DNA of 64,000 nucleotides from positions 129,605 to 193,604 of the forward strand of contig CAWBCI010000026.1 of NCBI GenBank assembly GCA_963787195.1, given 5' to 3'. This DNA is from an uncultured Bacteroidales bacterium (GTDB lineage Bacteria; Bacteroidota; Bacteroidia; Bacteroidales; JAGOPY01). Positions 8,981 through 19,469 of the stretch are shown here, one piece after another. Each line of letters begins with the position of its first letter. The stretch's first letter is position 1. The position numbers and the translations under genes were made by a program. Below the pieces are notes generated by a model. That model saw only the letters and a list, made by a program, of their open reading frames with translations, searched no databases and had not been told where the DNA came from.

Positions 8981-10612
8981 TCATTTTTTAAGTACCTGCC
9001 AGTCGCCATAGTTTTCCCAGTTCACGTAGGTTTTAGGCTCGGTAGTCCAGAACTGATTGGAATTATAGGTCCATTCCATGGTTTTGGAACCGCCGCCACT
9101 CTGGGTGGTGACCAGCAGTCCTCCACTCACATAACCAATGGCAAAAGCCTGGTCACGGCCCCAATCCTTGTCGCCACGGCTCGGGTCGACCGGCACCCAG
9201 CCATAATTCGGAAGGTAAACTTCGACCCAACGGTGAAAGACATCATCCATGCTGGCTTCCTCACCCCTGACTACGACTGCACCAACGTAACGGGCCGGCA
9301 AGCCGGCGGCCCTGCACATCGAAATGAAGACGAAAGTATATTCGGAGCAGGAACCGTTTCCACGTGCCAGTACAGTCGGAGCTGTATTCCAGCCTCCGCT
9401 CATCTCATAATACATATGATCATTGATATAATCAAAGATCTTCCGGACTATCCAGTAAGGGTTCTTTTCCTTTCCAACAGCGGTATCAAGGGCATTTTGT
9501 ATGATAGGGTCATTCATCTGGAATTTTTCATTGTCTTCCAGATATTTTCCTTTCACATCGGCTGGAATATCTTCTAAGCTTCCCACTTTTTCAGGGTAAA
9601 TAAAATATCTGATATCCCAGGTTTTTACTTCAGTGGTCATTTCAACTGATTTACTCTCCCCGGCTTTGATATTATCAAAATGATAATGGGCCGTTTCCTG
9701 CCCCCAGCGATCGCTGACAAAATCACTGGGTTTTGTATTATACTTTATTTTATTCAGAATTTCCTGGTTCACCCTGTTTACCGGAACGGCCAGGTACATA
9801 TCGGCTGTCAGAATTTTACCTGGACCGAAATTCCTGACCTCTTGTTTATAAACCAGTTCACGCGTGGTCTCATTCTCACGTATATATTTCTCGTCATCCC
9901 TGACCTTCAGTTTATATAGTTTATGTTCCTGGTAATCGACCGCCCAGAGATATTGTCCGTCGTAACAAAGCCCCGAAATATAAGGCCCGGGGGCATTTGT
10001 AAGGATAATTACCTTTCCTGTAAGCGGATCCACCATATAGATTTCATTGAGACTATGGTCGCTCAGCCACAAGTACTTTCCGTCGAAAGCCAGGCCTGAA
10101 CAATTCTGTGAAGGCGCTTTAAATGAATGCAGCGTAGTTCCATCTTTCGGACTGAACTGTATAAGTTCATCTGAAAGATTATCGACACTCCAGAGGTAAT
10201 TTCCGTCCCAGGCCAGTCCGACAGGGCTTTTGGAGGGGGCCGCGAGGGTTTGCAGGATATCTCCGTTTTCCGGATCCAGGCGGTAAATAATACCATCATA
10301 ATCTTCAGAAACATCCTTACCGCCCTTCAGATCGGAATTCCAGAGGTATTTTCCGTCCCAGGCTATTCCGAGAGGCCAGTAGGCAGGCGATTCAAGGGTC
10401 CTGACTACTTTTCCGTCGACGGGATTTATACAGAATAATTTATCGGCTTGCCTGTCGGCCATCCAGATATATTTCCCGTCAAAGCCAAGTCCTGTCGGAT
10501 ACTCAGACGGGGTATCGTAGGAAGTAATCACTTCTCCGGTATAACTAAATGCAAAAAGAGGGAAAATTACGATTGTAATAATGGCTGGAATAATCTTTTT
10601 AAAGCTGTACAT
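8981..10612 (-). CDS. secreted beta-propeller / transglutaminase-like fusion protein
   Basis: Five N-terminal repeats of the type G(L/I)A(F/W)DGKYLW(x)SD. The C-terminal transglutaminase core has Cys (GNGSCSEYTFVF) and His/Asp (FHRWVEVYLPNYGWVPVDPS). Confidence 0.8.
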   Translation of the reverse strand: MYSFKKIIPAIITIVIFPLFAFSYTGEVITSYDTPSEYPTGLGFDGKYIWMADRQADKLFCINPVDGKVVRTLESPAYWPLGIAWDGKYLWNSDLKGGKDVSEDYDGIIYRLDPENGDILQTLAAPSKSPVGLAWDGNYLWSVDNLSDELIQFSPKDGTTLHSFKAPSQNCSGLAFDGKYLWLSDHSLNEIYMVDPLTGKVIILTNAPGPYISGLCYDGQYLWAVDYQEHKLYKLKVRDDEKYIRENETTRELVYKQEVRNFGPGKILTADMYLAVPVNRVNQEILNKIKYNTKPSDFVSDRWGQETAHYHFDNIKAGESKSVEMTTEVKTWDIRYFIYPEKVGSLEDIPADVKGKYLEDNEKFQMNDPIIQNALDTAVGKEKNPYWIVRKIFDYINDHMYYEMSGGWNTAPTVLARGNGSCSEYTFVFISMCRAAGLPARYVGAVVVRGEEASMDDVFHRWVEVYLPNYGWVPVDPSRGDKDWGRDQAFAIGYVSGGLLVTTQSGGGSKTMEWTYNSNQFWTTEPKTYVNWENYGDWQVLKK

Positions 10613-10703
10613 GATTTTATTAATGAAGGAATGATGAAAATATTCAGATCAATATGCATCTATCCAAAAGTAATAAAAGATTTTTAAGCGAAGATCAGGA
10701 ATT

Positions 10704-11438
10704 TCAATCCTCGTCGGGCCCCAATATTTTTTCGCAAGCTCTTTGGGCAGCCACTTGTTCAGCGCCTTTGATAGAAAAATCCTGACCGCGCGAAACCGCG
10801 TCTCCTTCTATAAATAATTCCACGAGGTACTGTTTTTTGTATCCTTCACCTATTTCATCGATCACCTTGAATTCGAGATTCATTTTTTCCCTTTGAATAT
10901 ATTCCAGGATACGGCTTTTAAAGTTAGATTCCGTTTTTTCAATTTCTTCAATATCCAGGTGAAGATCAATGATCCGCCGGAGGATCACTTTGCGGGTAAA
11001 TTTATAGCCGCGGTCGATATACACAGCTCCTATAAGTGCTTCAAAAGTATCTCCATAGATGGATTTGCTGGCAGTACGATTATAATCACTACCATTAAAG
11101 ATAAGTTTATCGATTCCCATTTTCACTGCAAGACGGTTCAGCCTGGATCGGCTTACCAGGCGGGAACGCATCTCAGTGAGGAAGCCTTCATTTTGTAAAG
11201 GATATTTACGGTAGAGGAAATCAGCCACCACGGAACTGAGCACTGCATCGCCAAGGTATTCAAGGCGTTCATTATTTAAATTTTGACCGTTAAAAGTCTT
11301 TTGGGGAGAGGCTTTGTGACAGAGCGCAAGTTCAAAAAGCCGTAGATTGCGAGGGCGGAAACCGAAGAGGTTCTTGATAGATTTGGAAAGTCTTTTTTCT
11401 CCGTAGTTACGGAGTTTGAAAGTAGCGATTATACTCAA
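10704..11438 (-). CDS. rnc: ribonuclease III
   Basis: RNase III signature NERLEYLGDAVL, plus FEALIGAVYID and a C-terminal dsRBD. Confidence 0.9.
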   Translation of the reverse strand: MSIIATFKLRNYGEKRLSKSIKNLFGFRPRNLRLFELALCHKASPQKTFNGQNLNNERLEYLGDAVLSSVVADFLYRKYPLQNEGFLTEMRSRLVSRSRLNRLAVKMGIDKLIFNGSDYNRTASKSIYGDTFEALIGAVYIDRGYKFTRKVILRRIIDLHLDIEEIEKTESNFKSRILEYIQREKMNLEFKVIDEIGEGYKKQYLVELFIEGDAVSRGQDFSIKGAEQVAAQRACEKILGPDED

Positions 11439-11452
11439 ACTCTAAGGTTAAA

Positions 11453-12706
11453 TTACTTCCTGAATTTTTTAAAGATGACGGAAGCATTGTGACCGCCAAA
11501 ACCAAAAGTATTACTCAGAGCGGCATTCACAACCCTGTTCTTTGCTTTATGAAAAGTAAAATCGAGTTGATTATCAATCTCGGGATCGTCTGTAAAATGA
11601 TTGATAGTCGGCGGAATAATGTCGTTCTGCACTGCCAAAATGGTAGCTATTGCTTCAATTGCGCCGGCGGCACCCAACAGGTGTCCGGTCATCGATTTTG
11701 TTGAATTAATACTGATCTTATAGGCATATTCCCCAAATGTTCCAATGATAGCTTTAGGTTCGGCAATATCACCAAGAGGGGTTGACGTTCCATGGGTATT
11801 AATATGGTCAATATCTTCAGGTTTGAATCCGGCATCTTTCAAAGCATTGTTCATAGAGATGATTGCTCCTTTACCTTCCGGATGAGGTGAGGTCATATGA
11901 TATGCATCACCAGACATGCCGCCACCCGCTACTTCGGCATATATCTTAGCGCCCCGGGCTAAAGCATGATCCAGATCTTCAAATATCAATCCGGCACCAC
12001 CTTCTCCGAGGACAAAACCATCCCTGTCTTTATCAAAAGGACGGGAGGCTGTTTTAGGATCGTCATTACGGGTTGAGATGGCGTGCATGGAATTAAATCC
12101 GCCGACACCTCCCGGGGTGATAGCTGATTCGGATCCACCTGTAATAAATACATCGGCCATTCCCAGCCTGATATAGTTATAGGAATCGATCATAGCATTG
12201 GCGGAGGATGCACAGGCCGATACGGTCGCAAAATTGGGACCCATGAAACCAAATTTGATGGAAATATGCCCGGCGGCAATGTCAGCGATCATTTTGGGGA
12301 TGAAAAAGGGATTGAAACGCGGGGTTCCGTCACCCTGTCCAAAATAAAGCACCTCATCCTCGAAAGTTTTGAGCCCTCCGATACCGGAGGCCCAGATGAC
12401 ACCAGCCCTGCCCATATCAAGCTTCTCCAGATCCAGGCCGGAATCCAGCACAGCCTGTTCACTGGCAATCAGTGCAAACTGTGCGTAACCATCGTACTTT
12501 CTGACTTCTTTCCTTTCAAAATATAACAAGGGGTCATAATTCTTGACCTCACAGGCAAAACGCGTTTTGAATTTGGATGCATCAAAACGTGTAATACCAT
12601 CAGCACCACTAACCCCATTGATCAATCCTTCCCACGTTTCACTGGTGGACTTGCCCAATGGGGTTATGGCGCCTAAACCTGTTACAACTACTCGCCGTAA
12701 TTGCAT
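11453..12706 (-). CDS. fabF: beta-ketoacyl-ACP synthase II
   Basis: Active-site context VSACASS, HGTSTP and GHLLGAAG. Full-length KAS II pattern, directly downstream of acpP. Confidence 0.95.
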   Translation of the reverse strand: MQLRRVVVTGLGAITPLGKSTSETWEGLINGVSGADGITRFDASKFKTRFACEVKNYDPLLYFERKEVRKYDGYAQFALIASEQAVLDSGLDLEKLDMGRAGVIWASGIGGLKTFEDEVLYFGQGDGTPRFNPFFIPKMIADIAAGHISIKFGFMGPNFATVSACASSANAMIDSYNYIRLGMADVFITGGSESAITPGGVGGFNSMHAISTRNDDPKTASRPFDKDRDGFVLGEGGAGLIFEDLDHALARGAKIYAEVAGGGMSGDAYHMTSPHPEGKGAIISMNNALKDAGFKPEDIDHINTHGTSTPLGDIAEPKAIIGTFGEYAYKISINSTKSMTGHLLGAAGAIEAIATILAVQNDIIPPTINHFTDDPEIDNQLDFTFHKAKNRVVNAALSNTFGFGGHNASVIFKKFRK

Positions 12707-12721
12707 CTAAGATTGGAATTA

Positions 12722-12958
12722 TTATTTGGTGTTATCTTCAATATATTTGATTGCTTCACCAACTGTTCCAATTTTCTCAGCAGCATCATCAGGAATCGCA
12801 ATGTTGAATTCTTTTTCGAATTCCATGATGAGCTCCACGGTGTCGAGAGAATCGGCACCCAGATCATTTGTGAAGCTTGCTTCCGGGGTAACCTCGTTTT
12901 CATCTACACCAAGCTTATCAATAATGATAGCTTTTACTCTGTTCGCTATGTCAGACAT
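12722..12958 (-). CDS. acpP: acyl carrier protein
   Basis: 78 aa with the phosphopantetheine site [16 protein letters not shown]. Confidence 0.95.
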   Translation of the reverse strand: MSDIANRVKAIIIDKLGVDENEVTPEASFTNDLGADSLDTVELIMEFEKEFNIAIPDDAAEKIGTVGEAIKYIEDNTK

Positions 12959-13172
12959 ACATTTATTATTTTGGTTAAACAGAGTGCAAAGAAAGCAATA
13001 TTATTAAAAAAAAACAAAAGAATTAAAAAATATTTATGGCTTCACAATTGTAATAATCTATATAATAATAACTTATAGTTTTTTAGATACTTATATATGA
13101 TCTATGGACCAGCATCCACCATTTACTCAATAACAAGTGTTCCAAGACCTTGAATAAGCCGGTGAAATTCTC

Positions 13173-13180
13173 TAATTTTG
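13173..13180 (+). promoter_or_regulatory. Bacteroidota-type -7 promoter box (TAATTTTG) for purN
   Basis: Matches TAnnTTTG and lies 30 nt upstream of the purN ATG. Confidence 0.35.
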
Positions 13181-13209
13181 CAGAACTTTGAAAAAGTAAT
13201 CTTCCCCTA

Positions 13210-13800
13210 ATGACGGCAAAACACATCGCCATATTTGCTTCCGGCAGCGGCACCAATGCTCAGAATATTGCTGAATATTTCAGGAGCAATCCTGAAGTCA
13301 GTGTATCCCTCATTCTTACAAATAAAGAAGATGCTTTTGTTCTGACAAGGGCAGCCCAACTTAACATTCCATCCCTTGTATTCAAGCGTAAGGAATTTTA
13401 TGAAAGTGACACGATATTGAAGAGATTAGTTGAATATCATATTGATTTTATCATTCTGGCCGGATTTTTATGGTTGATTCCTGTCAATATTCTGAAAGCT
13501 TATCCCTGGAAAATTATTAATATACATCCCGCCCTGCTTCCGAAATACGGTGGAAAAGGAATGTACGGCGACAAAGTGCACAAGGCTGTTTACGAGGCAG
13601 GAGAAAAAAGAAGCGGAATCAGCATACATTTTGTAAATGAAAAATATGATGATGGAAAGATCATCTTTCAAAAATCCTTTGAAATAGAAAAAGGCGATAA
13701 TCCGGAAAGTATCGCCTCTAAAGTACATGTTTTGGAATACCAACATTTCCCGCGGATCATCGAAAAGGTGATCCTGGGAAATATTGAAGATCAGGAATAG
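13210..13800 (+). CDS. purN: phosphoribosylglycinamide formyltransferase
   Basis: IAIFASGSGTNAQNI, LAGF and NIHPALLPKYGG motifs of PurN are present. Confidence 0.9.
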   Translation: MTAKHIAIFASGSGTNAQNIAEYFRSNPEVSVSLILTNKEDAFVLTRAAQLNIPSLVFKRKEFYESDTILKRLVEYHIDFIILAGFLWLIPVNILKAYPWKIINIHPALLPKYGGKGMYGDKVHKAVYEAGEKRSGISIHFVNEKYDDGKIIFQKSFEIEKGDNPESIASKVHVLEYQHFPRIIEKVILGNIEDQE

Positions 13801-14348
13801 GTATTATAACTGAACAGTTGTTCCGGCGCTTTTCTGATTTTAAGCCTGAGCTTGTACCCTTCTGCCGCATAACCCAGTGTAATCAGCAATCCTATCCTCT
13901 TTCCCGAAGGGATATTCAGGAGTTTCTTTACCTGTTTCTCATTAAACCATCCCAGCATACAGGTTCCAAGGCCTTCTTCAGCAGCCTGCAGACAAAAATG
14001 CTCGGCACTTATTCCAATATCGATCAGGGGGAATTCCCGGTCCTTCAGGTAGGCTCCGATCTGCGTTACATTTTTCATCTTTTCTATCACCAGGGCAATG
14101 ATTACCGGCGCTTCGGGCACGAATTTATTAAAGGTATTCAAAGGACCGTAAGTTTCCAGAGCCAGCTTGCTCACCAGTTCAGGATCATCAGCCACTACAT
14201 ATTTCCAGGGCTGTCCGTTACTTGCTGAAGGAGCCAGCCGGGCTGCTTCAAGACAATGTTCTATCTTCTCCCTTTCCACCTTCCGGCTGGAATATTTCCT
14301 CACGCTCTGCCGTTGATTAACAAGTTCTATAAAGGAAGTCATTCCCAT
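13791..14348 (-). CDS. nitroreductase family protein
   Basis: RQSVRKYS...LEAARLAPSASNGQPW is the nitroreductase N-terminal signature. Confidence 0.8.
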   Translation of the reverse strand: MGMTSFIELVNQRQSVRKYSSRKVEREKIEHCLEAARLAPSASNGQPWKYVVADDPELVSKLALETYGPLNTFNKFVPEAPVIIALVIEKMKNVTQIGAYLKDREFPLIDIGISAEHFCLQAAEEGLGTCMLGWFNEKQVKKLLNIPSGKRIGLLITLGYAAEGYKLRLKIRKAPEQLFSYNTYS

Positions 14349-14362
14349 ATCTTTAGGTTTTT

Positions 14363-15721
14363 TCAGATACCGATTTTACTGATCTTCTTCTGTATCTCTT
14401 CAGTTTGTTTTTCAAATCCGGGTTTTCCGAGCAGGGCAAACATATTGCTTTTATATTCCTCCACACCCGGCTGGTTGAAAGGATTTACCCCCAGCAGGTA
14501 GCCACTCAGGCCGCAAGACATTTCAAAGAAATAAATCAGCTGCCCAAGGGTGTCTTCATTGATAAGCGGAACGCTGACCCTGATATTCGGCACTCCCCCA
14601 TCAACATGGGCGAGCATAGTGCCCAGTTCAGCCATGCGGTTAACATAATGTATATGTTTGCCGGCGAGATAGTTCAGGCCGTCATCATCATTGGAAGCAT
14701 TCGGGACGACCACATTGGCATTTGATTTCTCAACTGAGATGACAGTTTCAAAAATATTCCTGAGGCCTTGCTGTATATATTGCCCCATGGAATGCAGATC
14801 GGTAGTAAAACTCACCCCTGCCGGGAAAAGACCCTTTCCCTCCTTACCTTCGCTTTCCCCGTAAAGTTGTTTCCACCATTCATTAAAATATAATAGGTTT
14901 GGCAGAAAGTTTACCAGAATTTCCACTGTCTTGCCTGAACGATAAAGTGCATTTCTTGCTGCGGCATAAGCCGCGACCGGATTTTCTCCTATCTTTTTTG
15001 AAGACTTAACAAATTCTTCCATCTTAGCGGCACCTTTTAAAAGTGCTTTGATATCGAAACCGGCGACAGCAATGGGCAGCAGTCCAACCGGTGTCAGAAC
15101 TGAATAGCGACCTCCCACATCATCAGGAACAACATAAGTCGGGTAAGCTTCTTCATCCGCTAGTTTTTTAAGGGCCCCTTTATGAGCATCAGTTATGGCG
15201 ATGATCCGTTTTCTTGCTTCTTCCCTGCCATATTTATTCTCCAGATGTTTGCGAAGTATGCGGAATGCAAGGGCCGGCTCGGTAGTTGTCCCTGACTTGG
15301 AGATCACAGTAAGTGCATAATCCCTGACATCAAGTATTTCCAGGAGATCAGCCATATACTCTTCACTCAACTGGTTTCCGGCATATACAATAAATGGATC
15401 TTTACCTTTATCATGAAGCTCGCTGAAATGGTGGCTCAGGGCTTCGATCACTGCCCGGGCGCCCAGGTAAGAACCCCCGATTCCTATTACGATATATATC
15501 TCTGCCTTCAGCCGGATCTGGGCGGCATGTTTCTCAATACTGTCAATTATAGCAGGGTCGAATTGTGAGGGAAGATTAATCCAGCCTAAAAAATCATTTC
15601 CTTTACCTGTTCCCGAATACAATGCCGGAAGCAAGGAATCTATCTCTTCCTGCATTTTCAGAAGGTCCTTTTCCGGTACAAATCCGTATACCTGGCTTAA
15701 GTCTATCTTTAAATCTGTCAT
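14363..15721 (-). CDS. pgi: glucose-6-phosphate isomerase
   Basis: Short (~450 aa) PGI form with IGIGGSYLGARA, SKSGTTTEP, GGRYSVLT and QLYGESEGK motifs. Confidence 0.9.
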   Translation of the reverse strand: MTDLKIDLSQVYGFVPEKDLLKMQEEIDSLLPALYSGTGKGNDFLGWINLPSQFDPAIIDSIEKHAAQIRLKAEIYIVIGIGGSYLGARAVIEALSHHFSELHDKGKDPFIVYAGNQLSEEYMADLLEILDVRDYALTVISKSGTTTEPALAFRILRKHLENKYGREEARKRIIAITDAHKGALKKLADEEAYPTYVVPDDVGGRYSVLTPVGLLPIAVAGFDIKALLKGAAKMEEFVKSSKKIGENPVAAYAAARNALYRSGKTVEILVNFLPNLLYFNEWWKQLYGESEGKEGKGLFPAGVSFTTDLHSMGQYIQQGLRNIFETVISVEKSNANVVVPNASNDDDGLNYLAGKHIHYVNRMAELGTMLAHVDGGVPNIRVSVPLINEDTLGQLIYFFEMSCGLSGYLLGVNPFNQPGVEEYKSNMFALLGKPGFEKQTEEIQKKISKIGI

Positions 15722-15783
15722 GTCAATTATTTTTAGGAGTTATATTTACTAAGTTAATAAATTGCATTGGAAAATAAATTTAC

Positions 15784-15819
15784 AAAAAAAGTGCGGTCCG
15801 CTTGCCCGCGGACCACACT
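15784..15819 (-). terminator. intrinsic terminator on the minus strand, upstream of pgi
   Basis: The reverse strand reads GTGTGGTCCGCG-GGCAA-GCGGACCGCAC followed by TTTTTTT. Confidence 0.6.
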
Positions 15820-15965
15820 CCCAATAAACCAAAAACCAAAATTATGAATCAGACGTTGTTGCGCAGTGTATAATCTACCTTGATTCGTATGGTCAGATTG
15901 TACACCACAAAGATACGGCGCAAAAATTGCCATGCTTGTTAAAGAAATTTAATGAACGTTAAAAG

Positions 15966-17438
15966 ATGTTAAATGCCCTTGTAAAATCCTATCTTAGAGT
16001 ATTTTTGCAGAAAATGAAACAACGCGGCATCATTTATATTGTAGGCATTCTGTCCATAGCCCTGCTTGGCTTTTCGGTAATTCAGGGTTATTGGGTCCAA
16101 AATGCCTATCTTGCCAAACAGGAAAATTTCACAAGGATAGTCAATGAAGCTGCCCAGAAAGTGATTGTCACACTGGAAAAAATGGAGATGGTAAAACGCT
16201 TCCAGCAGTCAAACACGCTGGCCGACTCAACTACATACCTGAATACCCTGGATTCCATTAACCGGGTCATGCTGAAGGAAATGCAATCGATCAATACCCG
16301 GAAAGATCTGGAGATCTTTTTTAATAAATATTTCATGACCCGTGACCTGATAGAGGATGTGATGATAGAACAAGGTGTAAAGCCTATTGAGAAACGTCTA
16401 AATCAACATTTACTGGATTCACTTCTGAGAAGGGAATTTGAATCCCGGAATATGAATACTCCTTACGAATATGGAATTTTCAGTTCCAGCAGGGACCTCC
16501 TGGTAATGAAAAGCCCCGATGCCAATGAGCAAGCCCTTATAAATCCCCGAACAAGTTTTCATTTCGAAATTTTTCCCGATGATATGTATCCGCGTCCTGA
16601 TTACCTCTATCTAAATTTCCCCTATGAACGCAAGTTTCTCCTCAACCAGATGTGGCCCTTACTGAGCATATCCATCATTCTTATCCTGATTATCATAATA
16701 TCTTTTACCTATACTCTCATCCAGCTTTTCAGGCAAAGACGTTTGTCGGAGCTGAAGACCGATTTCATCAATAATATGACCCATGAATTTAAAACGCCGG
16801 TCTCAACCATATCTTTGGCATGTGAAGCATTGAGTGACAAGGACATTCAAAAATCGGAGGAACTTTACAGGAATTATATCGGCATTATCCGGGAGGAAAA
16901 CCACCGCCTGGGGCAGATGGCCGAGCGTATCCTTCAATCGGCGAAATCAGAAAAAGGCGAAGTAGCCCTGAATAAGGAAACAGTCGATATTCATGATATT
17001 ATTACTGAGGTCATCAAAAATATCCGGATCCAGGTGGAAATAAAAGACGGCCAGATCATCAAGGATTTCCAGGCCAAAAACAGCATACTGGTGGTCGACC
17101 GTATGCACATGACAAACGTGATACACAACTTGTTGGATAATGCCAACAAATACACCCCCATAAAACCTCAGCTGATAGTTTCAACGCGGGATGTAAAAAA
17201 TGGGGTAATTATTTCAGTAGAAGATAATGGCATAGGTATTAGTAAGGTGGACCAGAAAAAGATTTTTGAAAAGCTTTACCGTGTACCGGAAGGAAATGTG
17301 CATAATTTTAAAGGCTTTGGCCTTGGGTTATCATATGTGAAAACCATTGTTGAAAGACATGGCGGATTTATAAAACTTGAGAGTGAATTGAAAAAAGGCA
17401 CTAAATTTGAGGTGTTTATTCCGACAAACCATCGTTGA
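15966..17438 (+). CDS. sensor histidine kinase (two TM segments)
   Basis: H-box FINNMTHEFKTPVSTI, N-box NLLDNANKYTP, G-boxes DNGIGI and GFGLGLSYV. Confidence 0.85.
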   Translation: MLNALVKSYLRVFLQKMKQRGIIYIVGILSIALLGFSVIQGYWVQNAYLAKQENFTRIVNEAAQKVIVTLEKMEMVKRFQQSNTLADSTTYLNTLDSINRVMLKEMQSINTRKDLEIFFNKYFMTRDLIEDVMIEQGVKPIEKRLNQHLLDSLLRREFESRNMNTPYEYGIFSSSRDLLVMKSPDANEQALINPRTSFHFEIFPDDMYPRPDYLYLNFPYERKFLLNQMWPLLSISIILILIIIISFTYTLIQLFRQRRLSELKTDFINNMTHEFKTPVSTISLACEALSDKDIQKSEELYRNYIGIIREENHRLGQMAERILQSAKSEKGEVALNKETVDIHDIITEVIKNIRIQVEIKDGQIIKDFQAKNSILVVDRMHMTNVIHNLLDNANKYTPIKPQLIVSTRDVKNGVIISVEDNGIGISKVDQKKIFEKLYRVPEGNVHNFKGFGLGLSYVKTIVERHGGFIKLESELKKGTKFEVFIPTNHR

Positions 17439-18151
17439 AAAGCAATATTATGGAAAATGAAGAAGTAAAAGTACTCCTGGCAGAAGATGATAAAAACCTT
17501 GGATCTGTGTTGAAAGCATATCTTGAGGCTAAAGGATTTCCTACAACCCTGTGCATTAACGGGAAGGAAGCATTCGACATGTACAATAAAAAATCTTTTG
17601 ACTTTTGTATTTTAGATGTGATGATGCCCATTAAAGACGGATTTACTCTTGCACAGGAAATCCGGAAATCAGATAAGAAGATACCCATACTCTTCCTTAC
17701 GGCCAAGTCACTTCAGGAGGACAAGCTGAAGGGATTTGAAGCCGGCGGGGATGATTATCTGACCAAACCTTTCAGCATGGAAGAATTGCTTGTTCGGATG
17801 AAAGCCATTCTGAGAAGGATACATGAGGGAGAAAATGACGAACAAAGATCCCCGGTGTACCAGCTGGGAGGCATGGTATTCGATTATAACCACCAGACAC
17901 TTAAGCACGGACAGGTTGAAAATAAGCTCACTTCAAAGGAGGCTGAATTGCTGAGGCTGCTTTGCGATAATTCCAACCAGGTGCTCGACAGGAGTATAGC
18001 CCTGAACCGTATCTGGCAGGATGACAGTTATTTCAATGCCCGTAGTATGGATGTTTATATTACTAAGCTCAGGAAGTATTTGAAGGAGGACCCTTCCATA
18101 GAACTCCTGAATGTCCATGGCATCGGCTTTAAACTGGTATTACCTGCATAA
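17435..18151 (+). CDS. OmpR/PhoB-family response regulator
   Basis: Receiver domain (LLAEDD, LDVMMP, LTAK) plus a winged-helix output domain (LTSKEAELLRLL...YITKLRKYL). It overlaps the kinase stop by 4 nt. Confidence 0.9.
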   Translation: MKSNIMENEEVKVLLAEDDKNLGSVLKAYLEAKGFPTTLCINGKEAFDMYNKKSFDFCILDVMMPIKDGFTLAQEIRKSDKKIPILFLTAKSLQEDKLKGFEAGGDDYLTKPFSMEELLVRMKAILRRIHEGENDEQRSPVYQLGGMVFDYNHQTLKHGQVENKLTSKEAELLRLLCDNSNQVLDRSIALNRIWQDDSYFNARSMDVYITKLRKYLKEDPSIELLNVHGIGFKLVLPA

Positions 18152-18156
18152 TTAAC

Positions 18157-19383
18157 TCAATCCCCGTTTTCCTCCAGTCGTTCTTCACGGTCGGATATTT
18201 TCCCGGTATATCCCAGCTCGAAGCGATTGTCATCAAGAATATCCCAGTAAATTGTAGAAGAAGGTCCACGATCCATATTGGTAAGGACAATTATGGTTTT
18301 CTCCTGTTTCAGATCACGGATGAAATAGGAACGAAAGCCCTTCCACCAACCAAAATGATAAACCGCATCCGGCCTGTCATCCTTTAATCTCCAGCCAAAC
18401 CCATAATTTTTATGTCTTCTCCGGTATTTCGGACTACCTGGAGTAAATGCCTTTTTTAGGGTCGAATCACTCACCAGGCTATGGTCCCAGAGAGCCTGGT
18501 CCCATTTGAAAAGATCATCCACAGTGGAATAAACTCCCTTATCACCCATCACACCGTTCAGATAATCATTGGGTTCACGTACCGGCCTCCATCTCCTGTA
18601 TCGATGGCCCGGAACACCTTTCTCTATGTAAAATGGCACAAGAGTATCACCGCGCATGTTATAGATAAAGGTATGATTCATTTTTAAGGGCTTGAAAATA
18701 TTTTCTTCCATGAATTGATCAAAGTGTTCTTTACTGATCCTTTCCACAACCGAAGCCAATAAAGCATAATTGGTATTGCAATAATGAAAACCTCCGTCAG
18801 GACTGAAATAGGGTTTGGGATGATATTTGACGAGCATGGCCACCATCTCCTCATTATTCATGGGAACTTTTTTATCGGGCCATTCATTATCTGCAAGGCT
18901 CATATAGCGTGGCAGGCCTGAACGGTGAGTCAGCAGTTGCCTTATAGTCACATCAGTATATGGCAATTCAGGTATGTATTTCACAACCGGATCATCATAA
19001 TCCAACTTACCCTCCTCCTGCAAAATCATTATGGCCATTGCCGTGAACATCTTGGATACAGAAGCAAGCTGAAAGGCACTGTTTACCGTGAGAGCCTCCT
19101 TTTTTCTGATATTGGAATACCCATAGGCCCCTTCGAATACCAACCTGCCTTTTTCAGCATACATCACACAGCCATTGAAAAGATTTCGCTTATGCAGTCT
19201 TTTGAAAATACTGTCGATTATATGAGCTTTCTTGTCAATGAGTTTTTTATCCAGATCCGTAATCAGTTTTTCAGGCTTAAACTGAGGTGCTCTTGTCTTC
19301 GGATTGACATCATTACAGGATTGAGGGATGATTGTAAGCAGGACAAATCCCAGGATTGAAAGATATTTCAGCAGCTTCTTCAA
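18157..19383 (-). CDS. serine hydrolase (beta-lactamase/PBP4-like family)
   Basis: SxxK motif ASVSKMFT, a YCNTNY (YxN) motif and a signal/lipoprotein N-terminus. Confidence 0.85.
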   Translation of the reverse strand: MKKLLKYLSILGFVLLTIIPQSCNDVNPKTRAPQFKPEKLITDLDKKLIDKKAHIIDSIFKRLHKRNLFNGCVMYAEKGRLVFEGAYGYSNIRKKEALTVNSAFQLASVSKMFTAMAIMILQEEGKLDYDDPVVKYIPELPYTDVTIRQLLTHRSGLPRYMSLADNEWPDKKVPMNNEEMVAMLVKYHPKPYFSPDGGFHYCNTNYALLASVVERISKEHFDQFMEENIFKPLKMNHTFIYNMRGDTLVPFYIEKGVPGHRYRRWRPVREPNDYLNGVMGDKGVYSTVDDLFKWDQALWDHSLVSDSTLKKAFTPGSPKYRRRHKNYGFGWRLKDDRPDAVYHFGWWKGFRSYFIRDLKQEKTIIVLTNMDRGPSSTIYWDILDDNRFELGYTGKISDREERLEENGD

Positions 19384-19469
19384 GATAAATTCTTATACTT
19401 TCTAAAACAGCAAAAGTAGGATTTTATTTCTTGAAGGATAAGGAACACTTACCCTGTCTGAAAATAATT

